Source of the DNA: Phoronis australis
Lineage: Eukaryota > Animalia > Phoronida
Assembly: GCA_002633005.1 (NCBI GenBank)
Contig: NMRA01000138.1
Span: forward strand, 124,001 to 188,000
Direction: 5' to 3'
Length of the DNA stretch: 64,000 nt
Below the pieces are notes generated by a model. That model was not told the DNA's origin. It ran no database searches and saw only the letters and a program-made list of their open reading frames with translations. Of this stretch, positions 62,491 through 64,000 are shown piece after piece. Position numbers and translations under genes: made by a program. Within the stretch, counting starts at the first letter, position 1. The number at the start of each line of letters is the position of its first letter.

Positions 62491-64000
62491 CATTTTAATT
62501 AGTTTTGCTATCGCCATTGTAAGGGTGATGTAATGATTCACATTAGAAAGTCCATGTTGCTAAATGTCCAAGAGTGAAAGAAATTGCATTTTAACTTTAA
62601 CTCTGCACACTTTTGTGTTCTCACAATACCAAAGTGACCTATATTGAATGTTTCCATTCACCCCCATCATGGCCACATACATCTAGCAGAATACTTTCTA
62701 CATGAAGTTAGATAACTTAACAACACAAATTAGGCCAAGCAGTTTCTAATCATTCTATCAATATCTCACTATATGCACACCACATAACACTCTTGTAACT
62801 AAACTCTAGGTTCTATGAAGGACATTACCAGCCGTCTGGGGTTTTCATTTTGTCATTTAAAGCGTATTAATTAATATACCATGCATTCAGGAATGCTTTC
62901 ATCCTCTCTGAATGTCACAGATTGGGTCTAAAGAAGTGCAGCAATACAACCTGGTTATTTCTCTTTCTGCATAAGATTTTCATTTAATTTTCTTCAAATT
63001 TCTAATTTTTCAACTTAGTTGGTGAGAAAGTGTAAAGAACAGGTTCTTCTGTCTCATTAAATCAGAGAAACAAGGTGAGAAAATTCCGCAGCCTTATTAA
63101 AATTTTAATCAAAATTTTTCTACATGAATAGGGTATGCGATAAGATAGTCCAAATGATCACTCAAGCACGAGTGATAAGCATAATCAAGATCAGGTATGT
63201 ACAACAGGCAAAACCTGGCTAAAGAACAGCTACCATAGTATATGGAAATCTTGAATGAATCAACGCATCTGTCAGTAAACTCTGCTAGCACCAGGAATAT
63301 ACAAACTATACGCAGGCTTATAATTAAGATTTACCTAACTTTTTAAGTTAACTGTGCTTTAAGCAAAAAAAATATTAGTAAGGGCATTTAATGCTTTGCA
63401 ACAGTGCATGTCATAAACAGATCAATGTCCACATCAACATTTCATTCACAAAATCTGTCAACAACTATCACAAATGAGATGTGCCTTTTCTTTTTCCTTA
63501 TCAGCGCTTTGTAAATACATCAAGGTTTCAGAATGTACATTTTTATCATAGCAATAATAATAAAAAAATCTTCTTTGCAACTTTCAACAAGGACATTGAA
63601 ATGGTTATTTGAATGTTGTGGCAACAACTTTAATGAAAACACGAGAAATGATAATAAATAAGCAAAATTGTTGGGTGACCCATTTTAATAGAAAAACATG
63701 TTTTCATTGAAATACTGACCCTGGAAACTAATATACCAAAAGAACATGGGGAGAATTATTGTACCACAAAAAGCCTTTCACACGAACATCCATGTATGAA
63801 TGTTTTGAGGAGTGTCAGTCGGCATAAAAGGTTAACTTTGGCTTTTTACTGAAGTTCAAAATAACAAATTAACTTTTTGCAGTAGGTGGACTTTGCAGCA
63901 CAGCGTCTATGCTTCAGTACCGAGTGAAAGATTATATTCGATATAATCAGGTGTCAAAAGTCAATGATATCATGAAAATTGTGTTTAATAACATTAATGA

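Noticed and set aside
1-64000. tRNA, rRNA, snoRNA, intact transposase or reverse transcriptase, or a nested gene
   Set aside because: None were recognisable by eye and no non-exonic ORF exceeds about 120 aa. Small RNAs cannot be excluded without tRNAscan-SE and Infernal.

Overview
AT-rich metazoan nuclear DNA; no prokaryotic features were seen. The window holds one large minus-strand spliced gene that is open at both ends: a kinesin-3 of the KIF16 clade, most like STARD9/KIF16A. I traced 21 coding exons by hand from 58876 down to 410. All introns are GT-AG, all phases are compatible, and the exons sum to 5797 nt (1932 codons + 1 nt) with no in-frame stop. The order is motor domain (P-loop GQTSTGKT, switch I HDLSSRSH, switch II DLAGSE, long Ser-rich loop-12 insert), neck coil, FHA, coiled coils, then a long disordered S/D/E/K-rich tail on 1.7 kb and 1.2 kb exons. 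The start codon and the C-terminal domain (START or PX) were not found and appear to lie outside the window. The introns, one of them 24.1 kb, carry minisatellites and non-autonomous DNA transposons. The most unusual observations are: two local duplications of exon ends that copy a splice site and would create premature-stop isoforms, two in-frame microexon candidates after the FHA domain, a CDK/beta-TrCP-like motif in loop 12, two hAT-like elements with 5-bp target-site duplications, a foldback element whose arm became a tandem array, and a repeat family carrying a CTCF-like motif. I found no evidence of a novel multi-gene system. Family comparisons are from memory and were not searched.
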